A stretch of DNA of 64,000 nt from Candidatus Nomurabacteria bacterium (GCA_023267215.1 JAHFNS010000001.1:239507-303506), one strand, 5' to 3'; counted from the stretch's first letter, positions 1-10,504 are shown. Notes: generated from the letters alone by a model not told the origin. Translations and numbers: made by a program.

Positions 1-146
1 CAAAACCTAAAACACTCGACAATACAATTAATTTTTTCTTCATATTTCTCTTATAAACTAATAATTAATAATAAAAAGCGACCTTATTTATAATACTTAA
101 TAATACTCAAATTATATCATAAAAAGAACAATAATAATACAAGTAT

Positions 147-860
147 CTACTGCTTTAAATGTGGAATTGCATACTCAATACCAAAAGTAGATCCTAATAT
201 CTTTACCAATCCCCAAACCCCAACCATCACCACCAAACCAATAATTCCCCAAATCATAAACTCTTTTCCCTTCTGTTTTTTTGCTTCTTCATCACTGTTG
301 ATGACATATTGTACAACTCCCCAGATAAACATAGCCACAGCCAAAGAAGCAATAAGAGGAATGATAGAACTATTTATAAGACAAGTCGCATAATTTAGTA
401 AGTCTCCTAGTTTTGGACTATTTGAGAGTATGCAACTAGCCGTATTAGTCGCCACGATCGAAGTGTTATTTTGCACAAAATTAGAAATAAGTATAGAACT
501 GTTAGGATCAAAACCAAAAGTATTAATAACAATCATTACAATACCTTCTAAAGCAAAGATAACAACAAAACCGATAATACCATATATCATTCTCATTTTT
601 CCTGCTTGTTTAGCTTCTTCTTCACTTGCAATAACATAAGTGACAATTCCCCAGATAAAATATACAACTCCCAAAACAATCATCACAGGAATAATTGTTT
701 TTAAAATAGAACCTATCTTACACAAAACATCTCCAATGGTCATAACTGTTGCACCACAAACTTTAGAAGTAGTATCCGGTGTCTGAGCAAAAGAGAATAA
801 AGGTAAAGTTAAAACAGTTAGAATAAAGATTATAAAAACAAATTTTTTAAAATATTTCAT
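147..860 (-). CDS. TrbC/VirB2-like pilin-type membrane protein with internally duplicated domain
   Basis: Signal peptide, then two tandem copies of a hydrophobic module. Both copies share FIWG-V-YVI-S-EEAK-GK-MI-GIIG followed by a TM segment, the shape of TrbC/VirB2 conjugative pilins common in CPR. Confidence 0.5.
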   Translation of the reverse strand: MKYFKKFVFIIFILTVLTLPLFSFAQTPDTTSKVCGATVMTIGDVLCKIGSILKTIIPVMIVLGVVYFIWGIVTYVIASEEEAKQAGKMRMIYGIIGFVVIFALEGIVMIVINTFGFDPNSSILISNFVQNNTSIVATNTASCILSNSPKLGDLLNYATCLINSSIIPLIASLAVAMFIWGVVQYVINSDEEAKKQKGKEFMIWGIIGLVVMVGVWGLVKILGSTFGIEYAIPHLKQ

Positions 861-875
861 AAACTGATTTTTAAT

Positions 876-1232
876 TTATAATGCTTTGACTGTATCCACT
901 ATTAATTGCGCAATAGCCCAAGAACCTAAGAGTATCCCCGCCCCTATCAAGGTATAAAGTAAAGCCTTCTTAGCCTCTCCTAATTTTTCTGAATTACCTT
1001 GCGCTGAGACAAAAAGAAAACCAGAATAGATGATAGCTAAAGTGATTATGGGCAAGCCTATCTTTAGAGCTCCTTCTAAAATGTTTTTAATAAGCTGATT
1101 TATTGTCTGTGAACTAATTGGGTTTACAACTTTTGTTTGTCCTGTAGCATCTTGTGCTAAAGAAACAACTGGTAAAATTAACATAAAAGCTATCAATACA
1201 ATAACAAACAGATTTTTACTCAAATTTTTCAT
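876..1232 (-). CDS. TrbC/VirB2-like pilin-type membrane protein
   Basis: 118 aa. Signal peptide, central hydrophobic helix, charged EKLGEAKKAL loop, second TM helix. Single-copy version of the module in the neighbouring gene. Confidence 0.5.
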   Translation of the reverse strand: MKNLSKNLFVIVLIAFMLILPVVSLAQDATGQTKVVNPISSQTINQLIKNILEGALKIGLPIITLAIIYSGFLFVSAQGNSEKLGEAKKALLYTLIGAGILLGSWAIAQLIVDTVKAL

Positions 1233-1241
1233 ATATTTATA

Positions 1242-2297
1242 TTATAACCCTTTTTCAAGTCCAAACCAATTCCAACCGACAGTATTATATTGAGCTATTA
1301 CCAATATGGTATGCACTATAACGAAAGCCCCTGCGACCAAAGCCAATCCAATAGCCACATTAACGAATATGCTTTTTGCTTTAGATTTCTTCTCAGTTGA
1401 ACCACCAGAAGTAAGAAGCTCAAAGCCAGCATAAGCAAACATTATGGCTGAAAGTGGCACAGCAATATTAACTAAAATAAATGTCACAATGTTGTTAATC
1501 AACTTTATGAAATCATCAAAACCACAAGGGTTTTTTATTACACCTTCCATATCTTTGCCATTTTTATCATGCATTTCTCCTTTTGCATATCTTAATGTCC
1601 CACATTGTACCAAATTAGAAGAACCTGATGTATCTGTATTATTTGCTGCATCAAGTTTGTCTATACATTCACCATCCACTAATACTTGAGTTGGTGTACA
1701 AGTAACTGGAACAGTTGTCGTTCCGTTTCCAGTACTAGCTGAAGAAGGCTTTTGTATCTCACAAGCACCTCCACTAGATAATGAGCAAGCAGGTGGTATA
1801 AGTGAAACAATTCCTCCATTCATCCCTCCTATATATGTATATGGGGTTATAAAATTTGATGTCATATCAAAACTTAATGTTTCGCCATAAAATTTCTCAT
1901 CTACCTTGTCGTTAAAATAACCAACTGCTCTAAAATAATAAGTCGAGAAAGCTTTAATTTCTTGACTAGTATAAAAAATAGCAGCTTCGTCTACTGTCGT
2001 TTTGAGTGTGCTAGGACGCTTGATTTCAATTGTCTTCTCTTTGCCAGCATCAAAATTATTATCATCTTTTCTATATTCAAAATAGGTAGTAAAATCTTTC
2101 TTATCAAAATTGTTAAAATAATCTCCTGTAAAAATAATTGTATTCAAATTTACAACAGAATATCCAAGTGTTTCAACAGTAATTATATTATCACTTGGAG
2201 TCTGGGCTAAAGTTTTGCTATGAGAACTAAAAAATAAAGTAAAACCAACAACCACAGCAAGCAAAATTAATAAATATTTTAAATTGAATTTTTTCAT
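1242..2297 (-). CDS. Secreted Cys-rich protein with C-terminal TrbC-like two-TM domain
   Basis: N-terminal signal peptide, Cys-rich middle (CSLSSGGACE, CTPTQVLVDGECIDK). The C-terminal VPLSAIMFAYAGFELLTSGG...KAKSIFVNVAIGLALVAG segment resembles the adjacent pilin-like proteins. Confidence 0.4.
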   Translation of the reverse strand: MKKFNLKYLLILLAVVVGFTLFFSSHSKTLAQTPSDNIITVETLGYSVVNLNTIIFTGDYFNNFDKKDFTTYFEYRKDDNNFDAGKEKTIEIKRPSTLKTTVDEAAIFYTSQEIKAFSTYYFRAVGYFNDKVDEKFYGETLSFDMTSNFITPYTYIGGMNGGIVSLIPPACSLSSGGACEIQKPSSASTGNGTTTVPVTCTPTQVLVDGECIDKLDAANNTDTSGSSNLVQCGTLRYAKGEMHDKNGKDMEGVIKNPCGFDDFIKLINNIVTFILVNIAVPLSAIMFAYAGFELLTSGGSTEKKSKAKSIFVNVAIGLALVAGAFVIVHTILVIAQYNTVGWNWFGLEKGL

Positions 2298-2319
2298 ATT
2301 TTTATAATTTAATCCCGAC

Positions 2320-3621
2320 CTATTGTGTCGGAATTAATAATAATCCCATTTTTGCATTTCCGTCACTCATTGCTTCTGTTTGAGACAGACTACCAGAGAG
2401 AACTTTTTCAACCATTCCGCGAAAAATATCATCACTCTCTTTTGGAGACGGATCAAGCCAACTTCTGGCATAAAAAGCAGAAGTATAAAAAGCTGGAGAA
2501 TATGCATCAGTGGGCATGGTTTTAATTAAATCTCGACGAGCTGGGGCTATACCTAAAGAAGTAGAAAACTTAGAGGCAAAATCACCGTTGGCTAAAAGAC
2601 CTGCTGTGGTGAAAGCTGTATTAAAATTTTTAGAAAAAGAAGAAATAGCAATACCAATCACGTGGGCAAAAGTAAGCTTTAAATTACTATCTTTAATCTG
2701 AGGCATAGAAGTAACTAAGAAATTTTGATTTGGATTTTTGTTAACTAAAGATTGGAGTTCACTGGCAAAACCAAAGTAAAATGCTAAATTCTCTGCTGAG
2801 AAAGCATCGCGAGAGCTAGAAAAAGATTTATTCCAAGAGTAAACATTCTTTAATGGATCAGCAAAATCTGTAAAAAATTTTAAGACTGAACTTAGATCAT
2901 ATTTTCCATTAGTTTGATTTAAAGATGAAGTAAAAAAACCATTTTTCTCTGTAACGATAGGACTTCCCGCTTGCATAAAAAGAGTGCTCAAAATATCTTT
3001 AGCATAAAAAACATTAGAAAATTGACCCATAGCCACAGCACTTTTTATAATAGCACCCTTATCATCTTTCTTAGTTAAAAGTGGAACGAGGTTGGAAAAT
3101 TCATTCCAATCAGCTGGAGGATAAGCAATTCCATTTGCATCAAGCATACTTCTGTTGTAATACATCATCAATGGATCAACAGCAATAGGAAGGGCCACGA
3201 TTCCCTTCTCTGTTAAAAATACTTCTCCGGCTCCAATAAAACTATTTTTGAAAGTATTAACTGGAAGACTTGCATAAGGAATAGTAAAAATTTTATTACT
3301 ATATTTAAAAGCTAAACTATCTGTTATAAAAAACATATCTGGACCCGTGCCTGAAGCTAGAGCTTCTAATAAATCATTATCAAAAGTATTTATCGGTTTT
3401 TCAACATATTTCAGAATAAGAGTTGGATTAGCACGGTTAAAGTCATCGATTAAAGGACCAAGGATCGAAGCTTTTTCTGTGCCCCATAAAACTACAGTCC
3501 CTTGGGCTCCTGGGTTAGAATTACCCCCAATAGGAATAACTCCTGAAAAAACTAAAACACCCAAAATAGCAGCAGCAACAAATATAATTAAAACTATAAC
3601 TTGAAAATTTCCCTTTTTCAT
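2320..3621 (-). CDS. Extracellular solute-binding protein (ABC transporter family-1, sugar-type) with N-terminal membrane anchor
   Basis: 433 aa. N-terminal TM/signal segment, then a region with general resemblance to MalE/family-1 substrate-binding proteins (TVVLWGTEKA...DMFFITD...). Confidence 0.45.
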   Translation of the reverse strand: MKKGNFQVIVLIIFVAAAILGVLVFSGVIPIGGNSNPGAQGTVVLWGTEKASILGPLIDDFNRANPTLILKYVEKPINTFDNDLLEALASGTGPDMFFITDSLAFKYSNKIFTIPYASLPVNTFKNSFIGAGEVFLTEKGIVALPIAVDPLMMYYNRSMLDANGIAYPPADWNEFSNLVPLLTKKDDKGAIIKSAVAMGQFSNVFYAKDILSTLFMQAGSPIVTEKNGFFTSSLNQTNGKYDLSSVLKFFTDFADPLKNVYSWNKSFSSSRDAFSAENLAFYFGFASELQSLVNKNPNQNFLVTSMPQIKDSNLKLTFAHVIGIAISSFSKNFNTAFTTAGLLANGDFASKFSTSLGIAPARRDLIKTMPTDAYSPAFYTSAFYARSWLDPSPKESDDIFRGMVEKVLSGSLSQTEAMSDGNAKMGLLLIPTQ

Positions 3622-4141
3622 TTCTTTTTAAATATTATACCATAATGATGCTTTCCTGCATCTATTTCTTTTTGCCAAATAAAACCTTTTTCTTCAAACA
3701 TTTCTTTAGCTTTATCATTTGAAATTATTTTATGAAAACTAGAAGAAACGGCAACAGAATTATCCATCCAATCAATAAGCAAGAGCTTGCCACTTGGTTT
3801 AAGAATTCTTTTTATTTCTTCTATAAATTTATCTTTATTTTCAACTTGAAAAAGAATATTTGAAGCAATGGCTACATCTACAATATTATCTTTCAACTTA
3901 GTTCCACCTATTTTTTCAACATCTCCACAAATACATTCTATATTCTCTAAATGATTTTCTCTAGCTTTATTTCTGATGGTAGTAATAAAATCTTTTTGTA
4001 TTTCAATAGCATACACTTTGCCTTTGGCAACCATCTTAGCAGCTGGAATAGAATAAAAACCAGATCCTGCACCCAAATCCGCCACAATCATATTTTCCCC
4101 TAAACCAAAGAATTTTAAATTTTTTACTGGATCAGTAAACA
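3618..4141 (-). CDS. Class I SAM-dependent methyltransferase
   Basis: Motif I VADLGAGSGFYS. Start moved to MFTDPVKNLKF at 4141, because the longer ORF to 4316 would overlap the REP hairpin and the RAYT gene. Confidence 0.7.
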
Positions 4142-4185
4142 TGGATATATTATAGTATAAAAAAAACTTATCCACTACCCTTTCT

Positions 4186-4204
4186 GTCAAGGATGCCCCT
4201 TGAC
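4186..4204. repeat. REP-like hairpin copy 1 (GTCAAGGATGCCCCTTGAC)
   Basis: Perfect 7-bp inverted repeat GTCAAGG/CCTTGAC around loop ATGCC. The identical sequence recurs at 5806-5824, and in inverted orientation at 4847-4865. Confidence 0.8.
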
Positions 4205-4220
4205 ATGCTATAATATCCTT

Positions 4221-4847
4221 ATGAAAAATAGAGACTATAAAGAATTTGCTTCTGGTAATATTCTGCATATTTATAACAGAGGCAATAATAAAGAAAAAAT
4301 ATTTTTTGATGAACAAGATTATAGAGCTTTTCTTTTTAGATTAGGACTTTGTTTGGGATTTACAGAAGAAGAATTAAATAAAGAAAAATTAATTGCTATG
4401 CCCTATTCAAGAATTAGGATTACTGATACAGATAAAAAAGATTTTACACTCCATGCTTTTTGTTTACTGCCAAACCATTTCCATTTATTAATAGAACAAA
4501 ATAAAGATATCCAAGTTTCAAAAATAATTTCTAAATTATGTACAAGTTATGCCATGTATTTGAATAAAAAACATAAAAGAGTTGGGCATGTTTTTCAAGA
4601 TCAATTTAAAGCAGTACTCGTCGAAGATGATCCACAACTGATGTGGACTTCTGCTTATATTCATATGAATCCAGTAAAAGATAAATTGGTAAAGAAACCT
4701 GAAGATTATAAATGGAGCAGTTATAATGATTTTGCATCTGATAGAAATTTACCAATAGTTAGTAAAGAACTATTAATAGAAACTTTTGGTGATCAAAAAA
4801 GTTTAATAAAAGAAACGTTAAATTTTAAGGTTAAAACAGAAATCTAG
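4221..4847 (+). CDS. IS200/IS605-family Y1 (HUH) transposase, REP-associated tyrosine transposase (RAYT)-like
   Basis: HUH motif LLPNHFHLLIEQ and a downstream Tyr-containing AYIHMNPVK motif. Flanked on both sides by REP hairpins. Start taken at ATG 4221 (MKNRDYKEF), since the track ORF starts on TTG inside REP1. Confidence 0.75.
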   Translation: MKNRDYKEFASGNILHIYNRGNNKEKIFFDEQDYRAFLFRLGLCLGFTEEELNKEKLIAMPYSRIRITDTDKKDFTLHAFCLLPNHFHLLIEQNKDIQVSKIISKLCTSYAMYLNKKHKRVGHVFQDQFKAVLVEDDPQLMWTSAYIHMNPVKDKLVKKPEDYKWSSYNDFASDRNLPIVSKELLIETFGDQKSLIKETLNFKVKTEI

Positions 4848-4865
4848 TCAAGGGGCATCCTTGAC
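4847..4865. repeat. REP-like hairpin copy 2, inverted orientation (GTCAAGGGGCATCCTTGAC)
   Basis: Same stem as copy 1 with a reverse-complemented loop. Lies between the RAYT stop and the dehydrogenase gene. Confidence 0.8.
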
Positions 4866-4869
4866 ATCT

Positions 4870-5781
4870 TTATTTTATCAAATTTATTGGCTTGTCTTTT
4901 AAATAAGCCTCAATATTATCTATCATCATTTTACTTCCCTTTCTGTCTGTTGTATCTGTATTATAAGAAATATGAGGTGTTGCCAAAACTTTTGGATGCT
5001 TGGCAAATTTCATATAAGATAAATCTAAAACATCACCATTCTGAATTGATCCACAATCATTGGCAACCCCTGCTAAAATATTTTTATCTAATGCTTCTAA
5101 AATTGCATTAGTATCATGCATTTGTATGCTCGTAATGGTTATAAAATAAGCACCTTTTTTAAAAGAATTAAAAAATTGTTTGTCTAAAAGTCCTGTCGTT
5201 TCTTTGTTTAAAGATAGAGTATTAACTACTACATCTGCATTTTTTATAGACTCTACCAAATCGTCATTTCTAATAAAATATTTAACATTCATCCCAAAAT
5301 CTTCACAAATTTTACCAACCTGTAAACCAATATTGCCTTTACCTAAAATGGTGATATTTTTACCAACCAAACCTTTGGTTCTTTCAGGAGTAACTCCTAC
5401 GGGTAAACTTAGATTATTAACATAATTTAGTAAATCTCTAAATAAATTAAGAACCATTGCTATTACCCATTCACTCACAGCTTCACTATTACAACCAGGA
5501 GCTCTTGCTACCAAAATATTTTTTTCTTTTAACTTTTCTAGGTTTAAAAAACCAACTCCAACAATCGGACAAGAAAAAAATTTATTTTCTAGTTCATATA
5601 ATTTTTCAGAAGCAAAACCAAAACGTCCAGTACAAATAATATCTGCATCTTTACACCTACTAAACCATTCATCCAACGTGGTAGATAAATTTTCATAATA
5701 AATAACTTCTCCTAATTTATTTAATCTTTCTCTTTCTTCTTTATTTAACCCCAAATCTTGTGTAACTACTATTTTAGACAT
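4870..5781 (-). CDS. D-isomer-specific 2-hydroxyacid dehydrogenase (NAD-binding; glycerate/phosphoglycerate dehydrogenase-like)
   Basis: Rossmann GXGXXG (ITILGKGNIGLQVG) plus catalytic-domain pattern (RFGFASEK...LVARAPG, HISYNT). Confidence 0.8.
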   Translation of the reverse strand: MSKIVVTQDLGLNKEERERLNKLGEVIYYENLSTTLDEWFSRCKDADIICTGRFGFASEKLYELENKFFSCPIVGVGFLNLEKLKEKNILVARAPGCNSEAVSEWVIAMVLNLFRDLLNYVNNLSLPVGVTPERTKGLVGKNITILGKGNIGLQVGKICEDFGMNVKYFIRNDDLVESIKNADVVVNTLSLNKETTGLLDKQFFNSFKKGAYFITITSIQMHDTNAILEALDKNILAGVANDCGSIQNGDVLDLSYMKFAKHPKVLATPHISYNTDTTDRKGSKMMIDNIEAYLKDKPINLIK

Positions 5782-5805
5782 AAAAATATTTAAATCCTCT
5801 TAAAT

Positions 5806-5824
5806 GTCAAGGATGCCCCTTGAC
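5806..5824. repeat. REP-like hairpin copy 3 (GTCAAGGATGCCCCTTGAC)
   Basis: Identical to copy 1, between the dehydrogenase start and the gyrA stop. Confidence 0.8.
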
Positions 5825-5828
5825 ATAT

Positions 5829-8282
5829 TTACATACAAGTCAGAGAAGCTATGCCGTCGCCAGCACGAAGACGCATTATTGTCACACCTTGAGTTTGTCT
5901 ACCAAGAGAGGAAATGTCTTTCAAAGCTGTCCTTATAACTTGACCTTTTTTGGACATTGCAATCAATTCTTCTTCTTCTCCTGTCACTACTTTCGCAACA
6001 ATAAGCTTACCCGTTTTAGGTGTTACTTTTGCCGTTTTAATACCAGAACCTCCTCTCTTTTGAACTTTGTATTCTTTAAGAGAAGTTTTCTTACCGAAGC
6101 CGTTTGCACTCATCGTCAAAAATGCACCATCTTTATTTTCTTTTTTCACAACATCCACACCGATAACAGCGTCTCCCTTACCGAGCTTAATTCCACGGAC
6201 ACCTCCTGCTGTTCTGCCCATTTCTCTAATATCAGATTCTTTAAATCTGATAGATTGTCCACCTTCTGTCGCCACCATCACTTCATCACCTTTCTCTATA
6301 ATGAGTGCTGAAACGAGACTGTCACCTTTATCTAGCCGAATAGCGATAATGCCACTTCTTCTGACATCTTTAAATCCTTCCCCAGACATTTTTTTAGCTG
6401 TGCCATCTTTAGTAGTTAAAATAAGGGAAATAGGAGATTTTTTCAATTCTTTTGGCATTGGTAAAATTGAAGTCACTTTCTCATCATTGTTGAGAGATAA
6501 GAAATTCATAATTGATTTACCTTTTGTCGCACGACGACCTTCTGGTATGTCATACATTTTCATTTGATATGCTTTTCCTAAGTTGGTGAAGAAAAGAAGA
6601 TCGCTGTGCGTAGAACCAGAAGCAAGCATCGTGACGAAATCTTCTTCTTTAGTTTCGAGGTCAACGACACCGACCCCCCCTCTTTTCTGAGAATGATATT
6701 CTGAAGGGTCAGTACGTTTGACATATCCACCTGCGGTGAAGACAAGCATCGTTTCTTTATCTGGAATTAAATCTTCATCAGAAATTTCTTTATTACCACC
6801 TTTGACAATTTTCGTCCTACGTTCGTCTGCATATTTTTCACGAATTTCTTTCAACTCAGAAGAAATAACACCTAAAATTTTCTTTGGTGATGCCAGAAGC
6901 TCCTTTGTTTCCTTGATGAATTTTTGTTTTTCGGCAAGTTCATTTTCTACTGCTTTTCTCTCAAGTCCGGCAAGTTTCTGTAATCTCATTTCCAAAATTG
7001 CTATCGTCTGCAATTCTGAAAACTTAAATTCTTTCATCAAATTAAACTTTGCGACTTGTCCATCTTTAGACCCACGGATGACAGTGATGACACGATCAAT
7101 TTTATCCAGTGCTTTTTTCAAGCCAAGTAAAATGTGTTCGCGTTCTTCTGCTTTTTTCAAATCATAAATATTTCTTCTTTTTACGACATCCTTTCTGTGT
7201 GTAATAAATAAAGCAAGAATTGATTTTAATGAGAGAGTCTCTGGGACACCATCTACTAGTGCCACAACATTAAAATTAAAATTGGATTCAAGTTGTGTAT
7301 TTTTATAAATATAATTTAAAATCTTTTCTGGTACAGCCGTATTTTTTAAATCAATGACTATTCTAATATCTTTGGTGGATTCGTCTCGCAAACCTTTTAT
7401 ACCATCAAGTTTTTTTTCTTGAACTAATTCTGCAATAGCCATTATTAAATTTGCTTTATTTACTCGATAAGGAATCGAAGTGATTATTATTTGAAATCCA
7501 CCTTTTTGTTCTATTATTTCAGCTTCACCACGACAAACAACCCCGCCCCGTCCTGTGCCATAAGCATGTAGCATGTCTTTGTAATTGTAGGCTATACCAC
7601 CAGTCGGAAAGTCAGGTCCTTTAACAAATTGCATCAAATCTTCGGTAGTAGCATCTTCATTTTCAATTAAATAATTAGTAGCATCTAACACTTCAGCTAG
7701 ATTGTGTGGAGGAATATTTGTGGCCATACCAACAGCAATACCAAGAGTACCGTTTAAAAGAAGAGATGGAACAGCTGAAGGTAAAACAACTGGTTCTGTT
7801 CTAGTCTGATCATAGTTGGGACGAAAGTCTACAGTTTCCTTTTCTAAATCTTGTAAAAGTAAAGAAGAAATTTTTGACATTTTTGCCTCTGTGTAACGCA
7901 TAGCAGCCGCACTATCTCCGTCAATTGAACCGAAATTTCCTTGTCCTAAAATTAAAGGATAACGATAAGAGAATTCTTGCGCCATACCAACCATGGTGTC
8001 ATAAACTGCCACATCTCCATGTGGATGATATTTTCCAAGCACATCTCCTACTATCGCTGCAGATTTTCGAAAACGAGCTGTTGAAGAGAGCCCCATTTCA
8101 TTCATACCAAATAAAATTTTACGATGCACTGGTTTCAATCCATCTCTAATATCTGGTAAAGCGCGCGAAGTAATGACAGACATAGCGTATGCCAAATAAG
8201 ATTCTTTCATTTCGGATACTACATCGACTGAAATTACTCCTTCTTTTCTTATTTCTATTATTTCCTTTTCTTTTTTTGCCAT
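5829..8282 (-). CDS. gyrA: DNA gyrase subunit A
   Basis: 817 aa. N-terminal [30 protein letters not shown] and the active-site Tyr region ([10 protein letters not shown]). C-terminal beta-pinwheel repeats. Confidence 0.95.
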   Translation of the reverse strand: MAKKEKEIIEIRKEGVISVDVVSEMKESYLAYAMSVITSRALPDIRDGLKPVHRKILFGMNEMGLSSTARFRKSAAIVGDVLGKYHPHGDVAVYDTMVGMAQEFSYRYPLILGQGNFGSIDGDSAAAMRYTEAKMSKISSLLLQDLEKETVDFRPNYDQTRTEPVVLPSAVPSLLLNGTLGIAVGMATNIPPHNLAEVLDATNYLIENEDATTEDLMQFVKGPDFPTGGIAYNYKDMLHAYGTGRGGVVCRGEAEIIEQKGGFQIIITSIPYRVNKANLIMAIAELVQEKKLDGIKGLRDESTKDIRIVIDLKNTAVPEKILNYIYKNTQLESNFNFNVVALVDGVPETLSLKSILALFITHRKDVVKRRNIYDLKKAEEREHILLGLKKALDKIDRVITVIRGSKDGQVAKFNLMKEFKFSELQTIAILEMRLQKLAGLERKAVENELAEKQKFIKETKELLASPKKILGVISSELKEIREKYADERRTKIVKGGNKEISDEDLIPDKETMLVFTAGGYVKRTDPSEYHSQKRGGVGVVDLETKEEDFVTMLASGSTHSDLLFFTNLGKAYQMKMYDIPEGRRATKGKSIMNFLSLNNDEKVTSILPMPKELKKSPISLILTTKDGTAKKMSGEGFKDVRRSGIIAIRLDKGDSLVSALIIEKGDEVMVATEGGQSIRFKESDIREMGRTAGGVRGIKLGKGDAVIGVDVVKKENKDGAFLTMSANGFGKKTSLKEYKVQKRGGSGIKTAKVTPKTGKLIVAKVVTGEEEELIAMSKKGQVIRTALKDISSLGRQTQGVTIMRLRAGDGIASLTCM

Positions 8283-8488
8283 TATTTTGTGATACTATCT
8301 TTTAATACTGAAAATGGTTTTAAATCTTCTTTCATTTTTGTTTGTGTGTCGGAATCTGATAACTTTTTACTCAAACTAACAACCCATAAAATTATCATAA
8401 AAATAACCAGAATAAACATAACAATATACAAAACATGTCTTCTTGTTTCTTCAGGTTGTCTTCTTAAATTATGAATTATTTTCCTCAT
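8282..8488 (-). CDS. Small single-TM membrane protein (hypothetical)
   Basis: 68 aa with one hydrophobic helix. Abuts the gyrA start. No recognisable family. Confidence 0.3.
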   Translation of the reverse strand: MRKIIHNLRRQPEETRRHVLYIVMFILVIFMIILWVVSLSKKLSDSDTQTKMKEDLKPFSVLKDSITK

Positions 8489-8492
8489 CTTG

Positions 8493-9137
8493 TTATATCG
8501 TTTTTAATACAATAACTTCTCCTTCTTTGCCATCTAAATCTTTTAATTTAAGTGTTAACTTATCTACTTTTTCAGCCTTTTCTTCACCCATTTCTTTTAG
8601 GAATATTTGTAAAGATTTTTCATCATAACTCATAGGTATAATCAATTTTGATTCGAACAACAAGGCAAGCTTTGCAGCTTCTTTGGGATCAATTAAGCTT
8701 ACTTCTTTAGAATAATTTTTCCCACCAATTGGAACAAAAAGAATATCTGGACTATCTATCACCTCTTGGGCTTCTTTGGAAAGTTCAGGATTTGATAATG
8801 CACCCAAAAATGCAACTTTAATATTATCTAATGTAAACGAATAAATAGTATTAATATAATTTTCATTAGAAACTAAAGCATTTGACATCGCACCTTTAAT
8901 AAAAATTTCTTTCACTTCGTAATCTCCAGGACCAGAAATGACAAATGGCATGCGCTCACCATGAGAAAGCTGTTCTACTCCATTATACAAAGAATGATTG
9001 GTAGTCACCAATGCAATATCCGCACCAAAATGTGAAGAAACATCAGATTTTGCATTTTTACTAACAGGATTAAAAGCAAGGACCATGTCCCCTTGTGTCA
9101 TCTTAAAAAATTGTTCACCAAAATATGTGATTATCAT
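8493..9137 (-). CDS. MBL-fold metal-dependent hydrolase (UPF0173-like)
   Basis: MIITYFGEQFF start is typical of UPF0173/MBL-fold hydrolases. Start placed at 9137 because the track start (GTG at 9182) lies inside the GC-rich palindromic repeat. Confidence 0.5.
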   Translation of the reverse strand: MIITYFGEQFFKMTQGDMVLAFNPVSKNAKSDVSSHFGADIALVTTNHSLYNGVEQLSHGERMPFVISGPGDYEVKEIFIKGAMSNALVSNENYINTIYSFTLDNIKVAFLGALSNPELSKEAQEVIDSPDILFVPIGGKNYSKEVSLIDPKEAAKLALLFESKLIIPMSYDEKSLQIFLKEMGEEKAEKVDKLTLKLKDLDGKEGEVIVLKTI

Positions 9138-9177
9138 TGTATCTATTATACCAAATAAGGATAGAAAAACAAATATC

Positions 9178-9284
9178 CTCACCCCTTAATCCCCTCTCCA
9201 AGCAAGCTTAGAGAGGGGAAAAATACGTGAGCACCCCCTCTCTAAAATTTTAATTTTGGAGAGGGGGCAGGGGGGTGAGGAGGT
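9178..9284. repeat. GC-rich compound palindromic repeat, copy A (CCTCACCCC...CCCCTCTCC...GGAGAGGGG...GGGGTGAGG family)
   Basis: Nested inverted repeats cccctctc/gagagggg and ccccctctc/gagaggggg, bounded by cctcacccc/ggggtgagg. GC content is far above the flanks. Confidence 0.8.
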
Positions 9285-9420
9285 TGCATTTTTTAATTTT
9301 TTGTATTAATATAAACCCTAATATATTAAAAGCATGGATTTAGGGTAACCTTTCGATTTCGGTCGAAAAACCTAAGCCTTATATCCGCTTTAGGGCGGAT
9401 TTTTAATTTTAAGTAACATT

Positions 9421-10500
9421 ATGAAAAAAGAAGAAATTATAGATGAAAATTTAGTTTTAAAATCTATTGTTGATCGCAGTAAAGATAAACCAGAAGTAGA
9501 TTCACTCGTAGAAGGCCCAGTTATTTTGGTTGAAAAATCATCAGTCTTTGTTGATTTATCTCCCTTTGGAACAGGTATTATTTACGGACGTGAATTTATT
9601 AATGCTAAAGATATTATCAAAAAGATAAGCCTTGGTGATATCATCAAAGCAAAAGTTGTTGAGAAAGAAAATGAAAATGGTTATACAGAACTTTCTCTTA
9701 AAGAAGCCAAACAAGCGCTCACTTGGAGTGAAGCTGAAAAAGCTATCAAGGCAAAAACTGTCTTGGATTTGGAAATAAAAGATGCAAATAAAGGAGGACT
9801 TATCCTAGAATGGCAAGGAATACAAGGATTTTTACCAGCTTCTCAACTTAAAGCTGATCACTATCCTCGAGTACTTGATTCAGATAAAGATAAAATATTA
9901 AAAGAATTGAAAAAACTTGTAGGTGAAAAAATTTCTGTCATGATTATTTCTACTCTTCCTAAAGAAGGTAAATTAATCTTCTCAGAGAAAGATAATAATC
10001 CTGAAGAGAAAAAAGAAATATTAAGCAAATATACTGTCGGCGATGAATTGAATTGTACTGTCGCTGGACTAGTTGATTTTGGAGTATTCTTGAAATTAGA
10101 AGATGGATTGGAAGGTCTTGTGCATATTTCTGAACTTGATTGGGGTCTAGTAGATGATCCTAGAACCATGTTTAAAGTAGGAGATGCTATAAAAGCTAAA
10201 GTAATCGAAATAAAAGATGGTAAAATTTCTCTTTCAATCAAAGCTCTTAAAGAAAATCCCTGGACAGAATTCGAAGGCAAATTGAAAAAGGGTGACATTA
10301 TCAAAGGTGTTGTTATTAAATACAACAAACATGGCGCTCTTATTTCTATCAAGGAAGGAGTGGCTGGACTTGTACATAATTCAACTTTTGGTGGAGAATT
10401 AAAACTACGTGAAAAACTAGAACTTGGAAAAACTTATAATTTCCAGATTACTCTCTTTGAACCTAAAGAGCATAAGATGACTTTGATACATCTAGAATAA
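9421..10500 (+). CDS. rpsA: 30S ribosomal protein S1 (short form with several S1 domains)
   Basis: Repeated S1-domain signatures (GxV...FGxFV...GLEGLVHISEL). Confidence 0.8.
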   Translation: MKKEEIIDENLVLKSIVDRSKDKPEVDSLVEGPVILVEKSSVFVDLSPFGTGIIYGREFINAKDIIKKISLGDIIKAKVVEKENENGYTELSLKEAKQALTWSEAEKAIKAKTVLDLEIKDANKGGLILEWQGIQGFLPASQLKADHYPRVLDSDKDKILKELKKLVGEKISVMIISTLPKEGKLIFSEKDNNPEEKKEILSKYTVGDELNCTVAGLVDFGVFLKLEDGLEGLVHISELDWGLVDDPRTMFKVGDAIKAKVIEIKDGKISLSIKALKENPWTEFEGKLKKGDIIKGVVIKYNKHGALISIKEGVAGLVHNSTFGGELKLREKLELGKTYNFQITLFEPKEHKMTLIHLE

Positions 10501-10504
10501 AATA

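Noticed and set aside
4142-4316. Longer N-terminal extent of the SAM methyltransferase ORF (to 4316) overlapping the RAYT gene
   Set aside because: The extension crosses the REP hairpin and overlaps a better-supported gene. The conserved methyltransferase sequence begins after the internal Met at 4141.
5820-7167. Several 149-166-aa ORFs antisense to gyrA (5820-6311, 6067-6567, 6718-7167)
   Set aside because: They are antisense within a highly conserved essential gene. Their composition (Ser/Phe/Leu-rich, Cys-rich) is typical of shadow ORFs.
9138-9182. GTG start at 9182 for the MBL-fold hydrolase, and ATG/GTG start at 20694 for the small membrane protein
   Set aside because: Both extended starts lie inside palindromic repeat or terminator hairpins. 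Internal Met starts match family-typical N-termini: MIITYFGE, MSFEYL.
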